Assembly: GCA_050117845.1 (NCBI GenBank)
Contig: JASFLY010000002.1
Span: forward strand, 96,001-160,000
Source of the DNA: Candidatus Zixiibacteriota bacterium
GTDB taxonomy: Bacteria > RBG-13-66-14 > B26-G2 > WVWN01
Direction: 5' to 3'
DNA: 64,000 bases
Below, in pieces: positions 62,791 to 64,000 of the stretch (positions are counted from its first letter, which is position 1; every line of letters begins with the position of its first letter). A program made the translations under genes and the position numbers. The notes below the pieces were generated by a model. It had not been told where the DNA came from, did no database searches, and was given only the letters and a program-made list of their open reading frames with translations.

Positions 62791-63234
62791 ATGGACGAAA
62801 TAACGGTTAAAAGGGTAATTATGCGGCGTTTGCCGCCGGGCACGGACCTTTTGGAGGAACTCAACAAGCTGGCCCGGTCGGAAAAAGTGGAGTTGGGCGC
62901 GGTGTCGGCCATCGGCGCGGTCCGGAAAGCGGCGGTCGGCATCTTTGACGAAGAGAAGCGGGAATATATCACCAACGTCTTCGACGAGGAGATGGAGATT
63001 TGCGCGTTAACGGGCAACGTCTCGCTGAAGGACGGCGAGCCGTTCGTCCACGCGCACCTGTCCCTCTCGGACCGGGAAGGCCGCGGCTTCGGCGGCCATA
63101 TAATGCCCGGCTGCGAGGTATTCGTGGCCGAGGTTATTCTTTGGGAGTTCGCCGGGGCGCGCCGGGAACGGGAGCCCCGGGAGGAATGCGGCGGCCTGGC
63201 CCTCTGGGCGGCCGAGAACGTCGGTACCGAGTGA
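62791..63234 (+). CDS. PPC/DUF296-domain protein
   Basis: RLPPGTDLL, AIGAV, EICALTGNVS, PFVHAHLSL and GGH motifs. Confidence 0.92.
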   Translation: MDEITVKRVIMRRLPPGTDLLEELNKLARSEKVELGAVSAIGAVRKAAVGIFDEEKREYITNVFDEEMEICALTGNVSLKDGEPFVHAHLSLSDREGRGFGGHIMPGCEVFVAEVILWEFAGARREREPREECGGLALWAAENVGTE

Positions 63235-63275
63235 CCGGCGGCCGCGTTTAATAACCAATAATCGGGAGGAACGCC

Positions 63276-63875
63276 TTGAAGAAACCGGCGTTACTTATTT
63301 TCTTGGCCCTGGCGTTGACGCTCGCCTGCGGCGAGGAAGGCACGACAATCGACCCGGTAGAACCCCGCCCGTTACCTGTGTCCCCCGCGGTCGCGATTAC
63401 GAACGTTGAGATAGCGTTCAATCAACGCGGCCTGGGCCGTTTGGGGGAGGTTATAGGCCCCGAGTTCGTCTTCTACTTCGACCCCGGCGACGTTGGCTGG
63501 AATCCGCCGGGCGGAAGTCAGTACGTAATCCCCGAGTCGTGGAGCCGTACGGAGTTTCTTTCCACCGTGGGCAATTTACTGACCAATGCGTACTCAGTAG
63601 ACCTCTCTATCCCGAACACCGGCATCGGCCAACCCGCCGCCGGCGCCGAGACCTACCGCGCCGAGAACGTGACCATGTCCTTCCTCGTAATGATAGACGA
63701 ACTCACCGGCTTCATATCAAATATGGGCTACTTCAACTTCGAATTCGAGAAGTATTACAACGCCAACGGCGAACCAAGGTGGCGTCTTACCGGTTGGTGG
63801 GATAAAACGCATTTAAACTTGGACGCCGCGGCGGCGCCGACGTCATTCGGTAGGATATTGGCGGTTTACCATTAA
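63276..63875 (+). CDS. Lipoprotein with a variant C-terminal tail (PTSFGRILAVYH)
   Basis: Lipobox LTLAC; NTF2-like body; tail resembles the 15-19 kb motif. Confidence 0.8.
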   Translation: MKKPALLIFLALALTLACGEEGTTIDPVEPRPLPVSPAVAITNVEIAFNQRGLGRLGEVIGPEFVFYFDPGDVGWNPPGGSQYVIPESWSRTEFLSTVGNLLTNAYSVDLSIPNTGIGQPAAGAETYRAENVTMSFLVMIDELTGFISNMGYFNFEFEKYYNANGEPRWRLTGWWDKTHLNLDAAAAPTSFGRILAVYH

Positions 63876-63893
63876 ACGTACGGGAGGTCCCCG

Positions 63894-64000
63894 GTGAAAA
63901 AACTAATTATCGGCGCGGCCTTATTGGCACTATTCATTCTCGGTTGCGGCGAGGAGGGCACGAGGATCGAGGGGCAGGAACCCGTGGAGCCTACGAGCCC
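63894..64000 (+). CDS. Paralogous lipoprotein (partial, runs off the window)
   Basis: GGGAGG SD and GTG start. MKKLIIGAALLALFILGC-GEEGTRIE matches the upstream LAC-GEEGTTID. Confidence 0.75.
   Translation, partial: MKKLIIGAALLALFILGCGEEGTRIEGQEPVEPTS

Noticed and set aside
1..64000. tRNA, rRNA, integrase or IS transposase genes
   Set aside because: None recognised by eye in the intergenic regions or the ORF track; tRNAscan-SE, Infernal and ISEScan were not run.

Overview
This is a high-GC, gene-dense chromosomal window from a diderm bacterium: it has a TonB receptor, beta-barrels and T9SS-like CTD/PorV-type genes. The C-terminal 'PxSLGRVKALF' tails suggest a Ca. Coatesbacteria-like or FCB-adjacent candidate phylum (inference only). 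Housekeeping content includes mnmA, larE/larB/larC, guaA, folE2, queT, dusB, tsaA/trmO, an XPB helicase, archaeal-type FBP aldolase/phosphatase, a partner-switch/HD-GYP operon and a glycan-modification operon. No rRNA, tRNA, CRISPR, integrase or transposase was recognised. Five observations stand out. (1) At 15.4-19.1 kb, an array of secreted proteins share a C-terminal VxPxSLGRVKALF(R/K) tail. It includes an unannotated 42-aa 'empty' gene (signal peptide fused directly to the tail) and an out-of-frame tail relic, which suggests a modular sorting-signal/cassette system. (2) A DUF2946-like CxxC...RAPP leader ORF is followed immediately by a 14-bp anti-Shine-Dalgarno for an OprC-like TonB receptor with an altered metal motif. 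(3) A bacterial DPY19 (C-mannosyltransferase)-like GT-C protein occurs alongside TMEM260-like and PMT/ArnT-like GT-Cs. (4) An AT-rich 2.3-kb island sits between 61-bp direct repeats inside a composite REP element, and an 'empty' version of that element is also in the window. (5) The queT 3' end is serially duplicated in 57-bp units. All family assignments come from motif recognition by eye and from memory; no searches were run.
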